DNA from: a virus
DNA: 64,000 bases
Virus record (IMG/VR): IMGVR_UViG_3300045988_044010
Direction: 5' to 3' (one strand)
Part shown: positions 1-12,280 of the stretch, piece by piece
How positions within the stretch are numbered: position 1 is the stretch's first letter
Layout: each line of letters opens with the position of its first letter
Notes under the pieces: model-generated
What the model was told of the DNA's origin: nothing
Seen by the model: the letters and a program-made list of their open reading frames with translations, nothing else
Database searches by the model: none
Translations under genes and position numbers: made by a program

Positions 1-3000
1 ATGGTTAGGATGGAGATGGTATATAGTATATATTCTTTAGAACTGGAACAAATAATGATCCAGATAATCCTACTCCAAATAATACTAACTCTGATGCATA
101 TCAAGAAACAGGTGACTTCGAAGGAATAGAATATATTCCTGGAGGTGGTTGGTCTGATAATCCTCAAGGAGTAACTAAAGAACTTCCATACGAATGGGTA
201 TGTCAAAGAAAGTTCAGAGGAGGTAGATGGAGAGCATATACTGGACCATCATTGTGGGCTAAGTATGGTAAAGATGGTCTTGACGGTTTAGGTAGTATTG
301 TATTAGACTTAGATAATGAAATACAGTCTGTAGCCACAGATAGCTTAGGAAATGTAATTAGTGGATTACCACTAAAGACAACCCTAAGTATGTACTATGG
401 AACTGTGCAATTAAATCTAAGTTCATTAACTGTACGTCCTCCAGAGGGAGTTGTAGCAACAGCTGATAGACAAACAGGAGTTATTACTGTTACTTCTATT
501 GCTAATACTACAGATACCACAATACGTATACCTATTGATGCTAGTACAGTATATAACAATGAGTTAATGGAACGTACTACGTACCTTACTATTAACAAAA
601 TCAGACCCGGTGCAGATGGAGAAGATGCTATACTATATTCACTGATGCCTAGTGTAGATGCTATTCATGTAGATAAAAAAGGTGTATCAGACGTAACATT
701 CATTAGTTGTGGTATTAAGAAGACTCAAGGTACTAATACTATAGAACTATCTCAATTACCTAATGGATATGCTTTTAAATACGTAATTGATGAAGACCTA
801 GCTGAAAATTATACCATAGATCAAAATATATCTACTGCATCTATTAAGAAGAAAATAATCTTCATGCTTACTAATGGTGGTCAGTTAGTAGATAAAGAGA
901 CTATCTATAAGATTAGTGATGGTAAAGATGGAGTAGATGGTGTAGGTGGTTTAGTTACAGACTTTGATAATGATATGATTGCTGTAGCTTGTGACTCTGA
1001 AGGTAATGTAGTAAGTGGTTTACCAGTAACATCTACAGTAAGTATGTATTATGGCACTACTAAATTAACTCTATATGAAAATCCTACACTAGGAGAAGTA
1101 ACCGGAGTAACAGCTACATCTTCAGTATTAGGTACTATTACTATAACTGCTATTGACAAATCAGCACCAGAGATAATAAGACTTCCTGTATCAGTAAAAG
1201 CTGTATATGAAGGTAATACATATATAAGACAAGTTACTTTAACTATCACAAAAGTTAAACCCGGTGCGGATGGTCAAACTCCTAAGATATATCAACTAGC
1301 TCCTTCTGTTAGTGCTATTCATGTAAATAAGAATGGTACTCCATCTGTAGCTAATGTATCATGTGGTATAAGATTGTTCGAAGGTGATTCTACTACTACT
1401 GTAGATAGTACTCCGTATGGTTATTACTTTGCTTATAAGATTGATAATGCTAATGAGGTAAGATATTATGCTAACAATACTATTAGTACTAGTAGTATAG
1501 TTGCTTATATTACATTCTCGCTATATGATCAAAGAAATAGTAGTAATATACTTGTAGATCAAGAGACACTATATGTACTGAAAGATGGTGAGGACGGAGA
1601 ATCAGGATCAGTGCCTAATTGGAGCACATATGTATATAAGAAATCTAATTCTAGACCAGCTAAACCAACATTTAAGAACCCTAGACCGGGTACTACTGGT
1701 ATAGACGGATGGTTAGATTATCCAACTACTTCAGATGGTCAATGGTGGCAATGCGTTGGTATGGTAGATGGACCTAAAGATGAAGTACAAACATGGTCTG
1801 AGGTTATACAATTGAATGGTAGAGATGGAGAAGCTCTAGATGGTCAGCATACAGAGTTTAGATTTATGTCTATGACCAAAGGTTATTCTCCTAGCATTGC
1901 TTCTACTGTTAGAAACCCAGCAGGTTGGACTACTACTGTACCAGTAGTTAATAGTTATGAGTACTTGTGGATGTCGCATGCCGAAATATCTGCTAACGAT
2001 GATTTGATTGGAGTATGGGACCAACCTGTCAGAATTAGTGGTGAAGATGGTGCTGCAGGTGAACCGGGTACTAGTTTATACACTTGGATTAAGTATTCTG
2101 ATGATCAACCTACATCTGACTCATAGATATACGACAAACCTAATATGTATACTAAGTATATAGGTTTAGCTTATAACCAAACTAGTTAGGTAGAAAGTAC
2201 TCGCTATACAGACTATGAATGGGTTAAATGGGTAGGTAATGATGGTGTAAATGGTACTAATGGATTAAGAGGAAGACTTGTATATCCAGCAGGAACTTAT
2301 ATTCATAGTAAAACATATGAAGCAACTGATACTCAAGCACCGTTTGTGTTAGAAGGAGAAGCATTCTATGTAATGAATAAAACCACTACATGGAATGGTC
2401 AAAATTTAGGAATTACTCCAGAGCAAGATTGGAATTCTAATGGCGTCAATGCTACTTGGATATTGATGGATGATTTTGAAGCAGTATATACTAAGCTATT
2501 AATTGCAGATAACGGTACACTTGGCGACTTTGTATTCAATAAAGAGTATATGTTCAGTAAACAAGGTACTGATACACTTGGACAAGATTCAACTGATTAT
2601 TAGAACTTTAATAGTACTGTTAAACCGTTTTCATTCACAGATACATCTATATGGTCATATAATTTTAAAAGTAGCAGTAGTAACTACAATGGAACTATAA
2701 CAAGTGATATTATCACTGTTACTGGCAAAACATCATCTTCTACTGCATCAGATTATTTAGTATGGACTCAAAGTAGTCATAAAGATCTCCCAGAATTTAA
2801 TATAAGTGTAAAAGGAGTTTCTAATAATGCTAACATATATCTCTTATATAACTATATGACAGAAGGTGGAACAAGGGACTCTATAAGAATGGATTATGAT
2901 GGAACCTATGCTCTACCTAAAAGTTTTATACGAAGTGGTTCTCTAAAATATGGTTTATAGTTAGTAGTAAATCTTGCAAGTACCTATTTGAGTGAGAATG

Positions 3001-3599
3001 TTGTAGTTACTTTGTTGCCTAATAAATTCAATCCAAATTTCTAGGTAAATGGAGTTACTGGTGAAGTAATAATGAATAAAGCAACTGTAAAAGGAAGATT
3101 TAGTACGAATGCTGTAATTCATAAGGTTACTTCACTTACTACCACACATTCTCTAACTATACCTAATGATTATTCTTTTAAAACTTTGTATATAGTCAGA
3201 TAGAGAGACGATGTAACTGTAACCAATAATACCATAGACTTATACACAGCTTCTTTTGCAACTCCAGATCCTGAATTTTACCCAGATGAATATTAGGCAG
3301 ATCAAATGGTATAGGCTTAGCTAAATATAGTAAACTTAACTAGTTATAATGTAGATATACACAAAGGACCTAGTAGACTAGATCCCGGTTTTGTATTGCC
3401 TAATTCGGGCGGTTTTGGAAGTTGTGATACTATTCGACTATACAATGGAGGTAATGTTACTATAGATTTTATATATTTTAAGAATGAGTTATACGCCATG
3501 GGTAGTTAGACTAATGAATTAAGAGTAGTAAAAAATTCTGGAGATTTTGTGAAGACTACAATAGGAAATTATACATATGCTGTTAATAAATCATTCTAA
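1..3599 (+). CDS. Tail fibre protein, 5'-partial (continues upstream of the window), read with TAG=Gln
   Basis: Frame 0 is open from the window edge to TAA 3597-3599. I checked 2121-3599 codon by codon and found only TAG interruptions. There are two tandem ~220-aa modules, plus recurring W.D.P...W...G.DG fibre-type motifs. Confidence 0.8.
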
Positions 3600-3601
3600 A
3601 A

Positions 3602-3859
3602 ATGACAAACAAAGTAGATAATAAATTAAGATATAGCGCTATCATAGACAATAGATCTGTGGTAGCAGCTATATGTATAAATGAACTAGAGTTTCTAATA
3701 ACACAAACTGATTTCGTATAGGACAGATAGATGTTACAATCTATGATTTGTGGATGTAATAGACAGATTGATACTGACAATCCGTTGAAATTAGAAACAC
3801 TATGTAATATTATAGATTGTAAAGTTTGTAATTCATGTAAGACATGTAACATTTTTTAA
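3602..3859 (+). CDS. Small Cys-rich hypothetical protein (85 codons, 2 in-frame TAG)
   Basis: ATG 3602 to TAA 3857-3859, checked codon by codon. The C-terminal half reads CGCN...LCNIIDCKVCNSCKTCN. The minus-strand ORF 3583..3852 is its antisense shadow. Confidence 0.5.
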
Positions 3860-3895
3860 CGTTAATAAATATTATTAATTTTAAAACTAAATATT

Positions 3896-4213
3896 ATGTT
3901 GATTGATTTTAGAAACATTACAATTAAGAACATTGAGGGAGAAGAATCTACAGTTGATATTTCTAAAGATTTAGGAAATCTATTGTATAATTCTGCAGTA
4001 AGTCAAGAAGGTTTAGAAATATCTAGAGAACTGTATCATAATGGTGAAATGGATGTTACTAAAGAAAATGTAGAAGTACTTAAAGGCATTATAGCTGGTA
4101 ACTTCTTAGCAGTTATACAAGAATCTTTGAACCCTATTTTTGATAAGATCATGAACACTGAAGAAATCGAAACTAGTGCAGAGGAGATTAAGGATGAACA
4201 AACAACTCGCTAA
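3896..4213 (+). CDS. Hypothetical acidic protein
   Basis: Intact ORF in the track with a TAA stop and no TAG. Confidence 0.6.
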   Translation: MLIDFRNITIKNIEGEESTVDISKDLGNLLYNSAVSQEGLEISRELYHNGEMDVTKENVEVLKGIIAGNFLAVIQESLNPIFDKIMNTEEIETSAEEIKDEQTTR

Positions 4214-4385
4214 ATATACTGATAGAGAATTGTTAGAGTGGATCTACTTAATGTAGATCCATATTCTATCCAAAGTAAATGAGATAGATAATGATGATAA
4301 ACAGTTTGGAATGAACTTAGCTGCAGATTTATTGGGTAGTGTAGTATATGATGCTCAACCAAGAACTACAAGATATGCAAATTAA
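4194..4385 (+). CDS. Small hypothetical protein (1 in-frame TAG)
   Basis: ATG 4194 to TAA 4383-4385, hand-translated. It overlaps the upstream gene by 20 nt. Confidence 0.4.
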
Positions 4386-4396
4386 AAAGATATAAA

Positions 4397-4798
4397 ATGA
4401 AATACTTTACTATAAAAGAATTAACAGAATCTACTACAGCTACAGCTAAGAAATTAGATAATACTCCTACAGAGTAGGCAGAGAAGAATCTAATTACTCT
4501 AGTAGAAAAGGTACTTGATCCACTTAGAGAATTGTATGGTAAACCTATTATAGTTAATTCAGGTTATCGCAGTCCAGAAGTAAATAAAGCAGTTAAAGGA
4601 GCTAAGACAAGTCAACATGTATTAGGAGAGGCTGCTGATATAACAGCAGGTAGCAAAGAAGAGAATAAGAAGTTATTTGAGTTAATCAGAGATAACTTTG
4701 AGTTTGATCAACTTATTAATGAGAATGACTACTCATGGATACATGTATCATATAGAGAAGGAAGACTTAGAAAACAAATATTAAAGCTTGGTAAATAA
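4397..4798 (+). CDS. Peptidase M15-type cell-wall hydrolase (endolysin)
   Basis: The sequence reads ...NSGYRSPEVNKAVKGAKTSQHVLGEAADI..., matching the M15 (VanY / L-Ala-D-Glu peptidase) H..G.A.D signature. ATG 4397 is joined to ORF 4532..4798 through one in-frame TAG. Confidence 0.8.
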
Positions 4799-4800
4799 AG

Positions 4801-7800
4801 ATGGTAAGATTTGTTAATTTTAGAGCAAGTGATATATAGCCCAATCCTGATGAAGTAATGTACTGGGTTGACCTTAATACTGATCCACTTGGTGGTAGTA
4901 TAAAGGTATGGAATGCAGAAGGATATTGGGAGACTATAAAAGTACTTCAAGGAACTCTACCTGAATTTGAAAACAGAATAAAGAAATGGGTAGAACAACA
5001 ATTAAAGAACTTTGATGAGCATCTGAATGAAGAGATACGTCAATTTGACGGTAGGATTGCTATCATAAGTTAGGATATAGAGACATTAAAACTAACTAAA
5101 TAGGATAAACTTATTGCTGGTTCAGGCATAGATATTACTGATAATGTAGTATCATGTGTACTGGATCTAACTTTATATAAGATAGTATCAGAACTGCCTA
5201 CAGAAGATATTGATACTACTAAGATATATCTAGTAGTTGATAGTGAAGGTACTCATGGTAATCTCTATAAAGAGTATATCTATGTAGATGGAGAGTGGGA
5301 ACTGTTGGGCGAATATAAAGCCGATATAGATCTATCTCCTTATCTTACTAAGGTAGAAGCTGCTGATACTTATGCTACTAAACTAGAACTGCAACAAGAA
5401 GTAAATCGTGCAACACAAGCAGAGGTTACTGAGAAGAATAGAGCATTAGCTGCAGAGGAACAACTGTCTAAAGACATTGATGCAGAAAAGGATAGAGCTC
5501 TTATTGCAGAAAGAGATAACTTCAACCGTATTATAAATGAAATTGCACGTGCAGAAGCTGCAGAAAAAGCTAATGCTAAAGCAATAGAAGATGAGGCAAA
5601 GCGTGCTATAGAAATTGAAACAGCTCTTGCTTCAGGAATGGTAGAAGAACAGAACAGAGCAATTGAAGCGGAAGAACAGTTACAAGGTGAAATATGGGCT
5701 GTAGATGCTAAAATATCTGAACAGGGTGGTTCTTTAATTGATGCTATAAATTCTAATACACAAGCTATAGCTGATGAAACTGCTAGAGCTACTCAAGCTG
5801 AAGATAATAATAGGAATCTTATTAATGCAATGGATACAGCTTATAAGGCTGCTGATACTGCAACTAACACTAAATTAGACAATGAGATTACTAGAGCTAA
5901 AGCAGCTGAGAAAACAAATGCAGATGCTATAGTAGTAGAAGCGGATCGTAATGATGCACAAGATACTTTAATCAGCAATCTGCAATCAAGCAAAGTTTCT
6001 ACTGTTAACTTAGTATAGGATCCTGATAATGAGTTACATTATACATTGATGGTAGACTCTACTAATGCTGGTGAAATAAGCATACCTAAGGATAGATTCT
6101 TAAAGCAAGCTTATTACGATCCACAGAAGAAGAGCCTTATTTTTATATTTGTAACTGAGGATGGTGAACAAACTGTACCTGTAGATATTAGCGATCTAGT
6201 AGATACATATACTGCCGGTAATGGTTTAAGTCTAGCGAATAATAAGTTTAGCATTACTATTGATAGTACTTCTGATTCTTACTTAACTGTAGGAGCTAAT
6301 GGAATCAAATTATCTGGTGTAGCAGCAGCTATTAACAAACTAGATACTGACTATAAAGCAGCAGATACTGCAACTCTTAATTCAGCTAAAGCATATACAG
6401 ATACTAAAGCATCTGATATAACTGATGCAGTTACACAACTACAATCAGATATAGAAGCTGAAGAAATCAGAGCTACAGATGCAGAGAATAGATTGGCAGG
6501 ACAAATATTTGCGTTAGACGCTGCGAAACAAGAAAGACTAGTTAGTGGTGAAACCATTAAGACTGTCAATGGTAGTTCATTACTAGGAGCTGGTAACATT
6601 GTTATTGAAGGTGGTAGTAGTGGAGGAATTGATGATGCTCCATCTGATAGTAAAGAATACGTTAGAAAGAATGCAGCATGGTCAGCATTACCTACTAGAT
6701 CTGTAACTCCAGTTGCTGATTCGTTAGTATAGAGAGACGGTTCAGGTAATCTGATAATTAATAAAGGCTCCATTAATTTCAACAATAATATGGAATGGTG
6801 GATGCAGGTTAATTCTGATGGTAACTTCATACTTAACAGTACTGGTAATGCAAATAAGTTCTTATATCATGGAGACGAAGTAGGTACTTTAAAGAATCTT
6901 TATGTTTTGAAAGAAACACTAATAGATACTACATCATTAGATCAATACACATACTATCCTGTAACTATAGAAATATCTTCAGCTTATAATTCTAGAATAG
7001 AAGTTCATTCAGCATTATATCTTTCTGGTACACCAGAATGGTCTACACATGGCAATGGATTTACTACTCATTTTATAGAAGAAGTTTATGGTAGTGGATG
7101 GGGAGCTAATTATTCTACTCACAGAAGAATAATTGATTACCAATATAAATATACTAATAATGTACAACCTATTGGTAAAGTAAGACAGATGGGAAATTCC
7201 TCAGAAGAGGTCATTTGGGTAAGAGGGGGAGCTAAGTATTATTTTGAAACTAGTAGAAACGCTACTCCTATATTACATACCGTTGCTTACACGAATAGTA
7301 ATGATACGGTGTATCCTACAGGAGCTGCTGATATGACTAATGCCGATTATAGTACTCTTAAAAGAACTATGGTTGAAACTTCTGATACGAATGTTTCTGC
7401 TACTGGAGATTCGCTTGTAAAAAGAGATGGTAACGGTAGTATAATAAATATCAGTTATTAGACTACACAAAGAGTAAATGACGATGGAACTATATCTGTT
7501 ATCTGGGTAGACAATGGAGATGGTTGGTTAAGACGAAGAACTTTATCTAGCTTTAAAACACAAATATCAGGTACAGGTCTAGATGCAGATACATTAGATG
7601 GTCAATAGGATACTGCTTATTTAAGATATAGAAGTACTACGACAACGCATGATGATAATACACTATGGGATAAGATAGGTATTAAAGAATATTCTTCAGC
7701 TAATCCAGATCAGCTAGATGCGCCGTTTAATTATGGAGCCGCTATATCATTACCTGCAGGTTCGAGAAGATTTGATATATGGTATTCTGATAACTCGTCA

Positions 7801-9642
7801 ACTAATTCTACTTAGAGAGGAATATTCTATAGAACTGGTTGGAATGTAACTAAAAATCCATGGGTTAGATTTTTAGATGCCAATGATATGAGTGCTACTA
7901 ATACAGCAGACAAAATTCCAGTTAGAGACGCTAACAAACAGATACTAACTAGTGGTTATAAGAAAGAAGGATCTAGTGATTCATACGTACTACTTGGTGG
8001 TGGAGGTCATGTACTGTTGGCAAAAGGAACAACTGGTAATACTATGGTACAGAGAGATGCTGATGGTATTGTATATGGTAAGTATTTTTACACAGAACAA
8101 GAAGATGAAGCAGCTGGTACATCTATATCTTCAGTGTATATAAAGAGTACAGATAAAATTATTAGAAGAGTATCCTTTGCTAACTTTAAATCAGCATTAA
8201 ACATTCCTTCTGCATACACATTACCAACCGCATCTAGTACTACTTTAGGAGGTATCAAGGTAGGAGCAGGATTGTCTATTAGTAATGGAGTATTATCTGC
8301 TAATGGAGGTGGCACAGCTGATTCAGTTGCATGGGCTAACGTAACAGGAAAGCCAACGTGGATTGGAACTACTAAACCAACTTACAGGCTAGACGAGATA
8401 GCTTCATCTACTAATCAAACTGTAGATGCTAGTACTACCCCTGTATCTAGAAAGAAGATAGTTTATGTAGGCAAATCAGGTAATGGATGTATTAGTGCTG
8501 TAGCTTTAGGTATACGTAATGTAAATGGATCATTTGGTCCAGCTGTATTATCGTTAGGAACTAAAGATACGCCATCAGATACAGCAGCTATTGATGACGG
8601 ATGGGTAGATTACCAATTCCAAACTAGTGGTAGAGTTGTATCTAAAGCAGGTACATTTGCTGTCACTTCTGATATTCCTACTTCATTAAAGAATCCTAAC
8701 GCCATTAAGTTTACAGGAGCAGTTACGGGTACTTATGATGGTTCTTCTGCTGTTACTTTGAATATACCAACTATTGCTGGACCAAAAGGCGATACTGGTG
8801 AGAAGGGAGAAAAAGGTGATTAGGGTCCGTAGGGTTTGAAAGGTGACACTGGGGATCAAGGACCTAGAGGATATGCTGGTTCAGATGGAGCTAATGGTAA
8901 ATCGTTAGAGTTTGTATGGAGTGGTTATACTCTTGGTGTAAGACAAGAAGGTACTACATCATATACTTATTCAACTAGTTTACGTGGAGCAACTGGAGCG
9001 AAGGGTGATAAAGGAGATAAGGGTGATACAGGTCCAGCTGGTACTACAACGTGGTCTGGTATTACTGGAAAACCATCATGGATTGGTAGTAGCAAACCAA
9101 CGTATACATGGTCGGAAATCACAAGTAAGCCATCATGGATCGGTTCAAGTAAACCTTCCTATTCATATTCAGAAATATCTGGTACTCCATCTCTTGCTGA
9201 TGTAGCCACATCTGGATCATATAATGATCTAAGTAATAAACCAGTTATTGATACTGCTCTATCTTCTACTAGTACAAATGCAGTTCAGAACAAAGTAATA
9301 TATGAATAGTTAGTAAAGAAGGCTGAGATAGTAGGATATTAGGCAGGTTAGAATGGTTACATAAAGTTTGACAATGGTTTATTAATGCAATGGGGGTATA
9401 AAACAGCAAGTTCTACTGGTACTAATACTACTTATACACCTATAGCTTTTTATAATGCTACATATGTTCCCGTTATTACTTATTATGAACCGGGCAACGG
9501 TATGAATATTGTCACAGGTCTTATTATAAATAAACAGACTAGTTATTTCACGATAAGGAGTAGATATACAGTGGGAGATTCAAACGGTACTGGCGCGGGA
9601 ACCAATGATTTTTATTGGGTAGCCGTTGGTAGATGGAAATAA
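4801..9642 (+). CDS. Large tail fibre protein (1,613 codons): coiled-coil, collagen-like and C-terminal receptor-binding-like domains
   Basis: Seven ORF-track fragments (4858, 5305, 6046, 6790, 7888, 8836, 9385) all lie in frame 1. Every gap I translated holds only TAG. The ORF ends at TAA 9640-9642. A Gly-X-Y run at 8790-8900 stays in register across two TAGs. Confidence 0.85.
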
Positions 9643-9655
9643 AAAATTAACTATT

Positions 9656-10186
9656 ATGAAATATTGGAAATAGGGATTCTATGATGAATTTCAAGAAGGT
9701 TCGGTTGAAATAACCGAAGAATATTGGCAGAAACTATTAGTCGGGTAGTCATCAGGAAAAGAAATAAAAGAAAACGAAGTTGGATATCCCATATTGGTCG
9801 ATTATCAGTATACTATTGATGAATTAAAAGAAATGAAAATAGCTGACATTAATGCTTATGATAAATCAGATGCGGTAAATTCATTTTATCTTTCAGGAAA
9901 AAAAATGTGGTTAGATAAAGAAGACCGAGTAGGGCTTGTTAACTCAATTAATATTGAGAAACATACTGGTAAACTAGATACAGTTTTATGGTTTGATACA
10001 ATAAAATATACTATACCTATAACAGATGCTATATCTATGCTAAATTCATTAGAGTTATATGCACTTAATTGCTATAATACTACCCAACAACACATTTCGG
10101 CAATCTATAAATTACAAACAAAAGAGGAAATAGAGTCTTATAACTATAAGACAGGTTATCCAGATAAGCTATAGTTTACATTATAA
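9656..10186 (+). CDS. Tail-fibre-associated protein (DUF4376-like by memory; possible fibre chaperone)
   Basis: ATG 9656 is joined to ORF 9794..10174 through TAGs, ending at TAA 10184-10186. The N-terminus reads MKYWKQGFYDEF...EEYWQKLL. It sits directly after a fibre gene. Confidence 0.55.
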
Positions 10187-10213
10187 ACATATAAAATTAA
10201 ATAATTTTTTCAT

Positions 10214-10744
10214 ATGAAAGAGAAAATAATATTTCTAGCCCAAACGTATGCTCCAAATCCATCGGAGTGTACTTATTGGATTGATTTAAAAGAAGATCCG
10301 ACTGGAGCTGTCATCAAAGTATGGAATGGCGCTACATGGAAACCTATTAGTGGAGACACTGAAGTGGTAGCTATGTTACAGGAAGAGATTAAAAAGAAAG
10401 CTACTAAGGCTACTACTTTATCTGGTTATGGCATTCAAGATGCATATACCAAAGATCAAGTAGATGCAAAAGTAGCATCAGTATACAGAGTAAAAGGATC
10501 GGTTGCTGATTTTGATTCATTACCAAGTACAGCATCAGTTGGTGATGTGTATAACTTGGATGATACAGGAGCTAACTATGTATGTATTACAGCTAGTCCT
10601 GCAGAATGGGATAAATTATCTGAAACTGTAGACTTAACAGGGTGCATTGCATCTGACGTAGTATCTAATGTAGTTTATATGACTCAGGCACAATACGAAG
10701 CATTATCGGTTAAAGATTCCAAAACATTATATTTAATTTACTAA
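10214..10744 (+). CDS. Short fibre-like protein sharing the N-terminal module of the 4801 fibre
   Basis: Intact ORF. Its NPSECTYWIDLKEDPTGAVIKVWNG parallels NPDEVMYWVDLNTDPLGGSIKVWNA in the 4801 gene. Confidence 0.65.
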   Translation: MKEKIIFLAQTYAPNPSECTYWIDLKEDPTGAVIKVWNGATWKPISGDTEVVAMLQEEIKKKATKATTLSGYGIQDAYTKDQVDAKVASVYRVKGSVADFDSLPSTASVGDVYNLDDTGANYVCITASPAEWDKLSETVDLTGCIASDVVSNVVYMTQAQYEALSVKDSKTLYLIY

Positions 10745-10748
10745 TAAT

Positions 10749-12017
10749 ATGAAATTACAGAATAATGACATAATAGCAGCTTATCTAGGTGCTTAGACTA
10801 TTTCTGATATTAATTTAGGAGATAACAATGTCTTCTCTAATTACTATGGAGTTAGCTTTCCATTAGAACCTCAGAATACTCTTATGACTAGAATAGGTTA
10901 TATGCCTTGGCATAAGTCATTACCTATTCAATCTAAAATGAAAACATGTACTATTACTTCTGATGGTACTGTTAAATATATCAATGCATCTGATAGAACT
11001 AAGTATGAAGATGGAACTGACAGAGATATGACGCTTAATACTATGGTAGAAATACCTGAATTCTGGTATAAGTGTATGAAGAATGATACAGACGTTTTCC
11101 TTAACTTGTATGTTAATGATCCTAAACTAGCAGACGTGGAACATGTAACTAAATTCTATATTTCAGCATATGAGGCTACTACAGTAGATGATAAGTTGAT
11201 GTCAGTTAATAATGGTTCTACCCCTACAGTATCTATCCCCAGAACTACTATGCAATCTAGAGCTAGAGCAAATGGTAGTGAAAAATGGAATATGTATACT
11301 TATAAAGCACATAGAATACTTACTATTCTTTACTTAGTAGAATACGCATGTACTAATAGTCAAGCAACTTACAATGCTACATTAACTTCAGAAGGATATA
11401 GACAAGGCGGACTTGGCGCAGGTGTAACTGGTGCAGGTCAACCAGTTAAGAACGGTTCTAATATATACTCAATTGTTCCATGTGGCACCACAGATTCTTT
11501 AGGTAATTCTACGGGTGTGGTTTCGTTTGCTTGGAACAATACTAATGCAGAAGGTGCTACTACATCTACATTCAATTATAATGTACCTAGTTATAGAGGT
11601 GTTGAGAATCCATTTGGACACTTATGGAAGAATGTAATAGATGCATTAGTACACTTTAACTCTACTGATAATTGTAATGATGTAATGTTGAATAGTAATC
11701 TCGCTACATTTGGTTCAACCACAATAGGTGATTATACATTACAAGGGCAGACAACAATTAGAGAAGGATATAAAAAGCAGTTGATATATAACTCTGCCTT
11801 TGATTTATTCCCATCTAAAGACGAAGCATTTGGAGGAAATACTACAACATATTGGTGTGATTATAATTACAGCAATAATAGTACATCAGACAGAACTATC
11901 CTTTTGGGTGGTAGCGCGGCTCACGGCGGTATTGCTGGGTTGCTCCATGTGGGTTCTAACAATGGGCTTGGTCATTCCTATGCTTCTGTCGGTACTCGGT
12001 TAATCTATATACCGTAA
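10749..12017 (+). CDS. DGR target protein (fibre/receptor-binding protein with C-terminal variable region)
   Basis: ATG 10749 is joined to ORF 10884..12017 through one TAG. The C-terminus (...YWCDYNYSNN...LLGGSAAHGGIAGLLHVGSNNGLGHSYASVGTRLIY) contains the VR that matches the downstream TR. Confidence 0.85.
11901..11999 (+). repeat. DGR variable region (VR)
   Basis: It aligns base for base with 12059-12157. In the alignment, 23 of 24 differences fall where the TR has A. Confidence 0.9.
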
Positions 12018-12058
12018 AAATATAGAATTTTATTGAAAAATAATAGGTTGTTCTCTTG

Positions 12059-12157
12059 CATTTAGGTAGTAACACGACTAACAGCAGTAATGCTAGGTTA
12101 CTCAATGTGAATTCTAACAATGAGCTTAGTAATTCCAATGCTAATGTCAGTACACTG
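12059..12157 (+). repeat. DGR template repeat (TR)
   Basis: A-rich, AAY-rich copy of the VR lying 41 nt after the target stop codon. ORF-track entry 12056..12247 is just its translation. Confidence 0.9.
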
Positions 12158-12280
12158 ATCCCCAAAACAGAAAAAATATTTAAAGAAGCACTGTTAGAGA
12201 AGACCTTACCTCTTGGTAAAAAACGACATTTTAAAACACTGTATTAGTAGCGCAAGCGAAAATTCGGTATGGGATTTCAG

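Noticed and set aside
12056-12247. 63-aa plus-strand ORF in the track
   Set aside because: It is simply the translation of the DGR template repeat (Asn-rich, AAY codons) and is not a protein gene.
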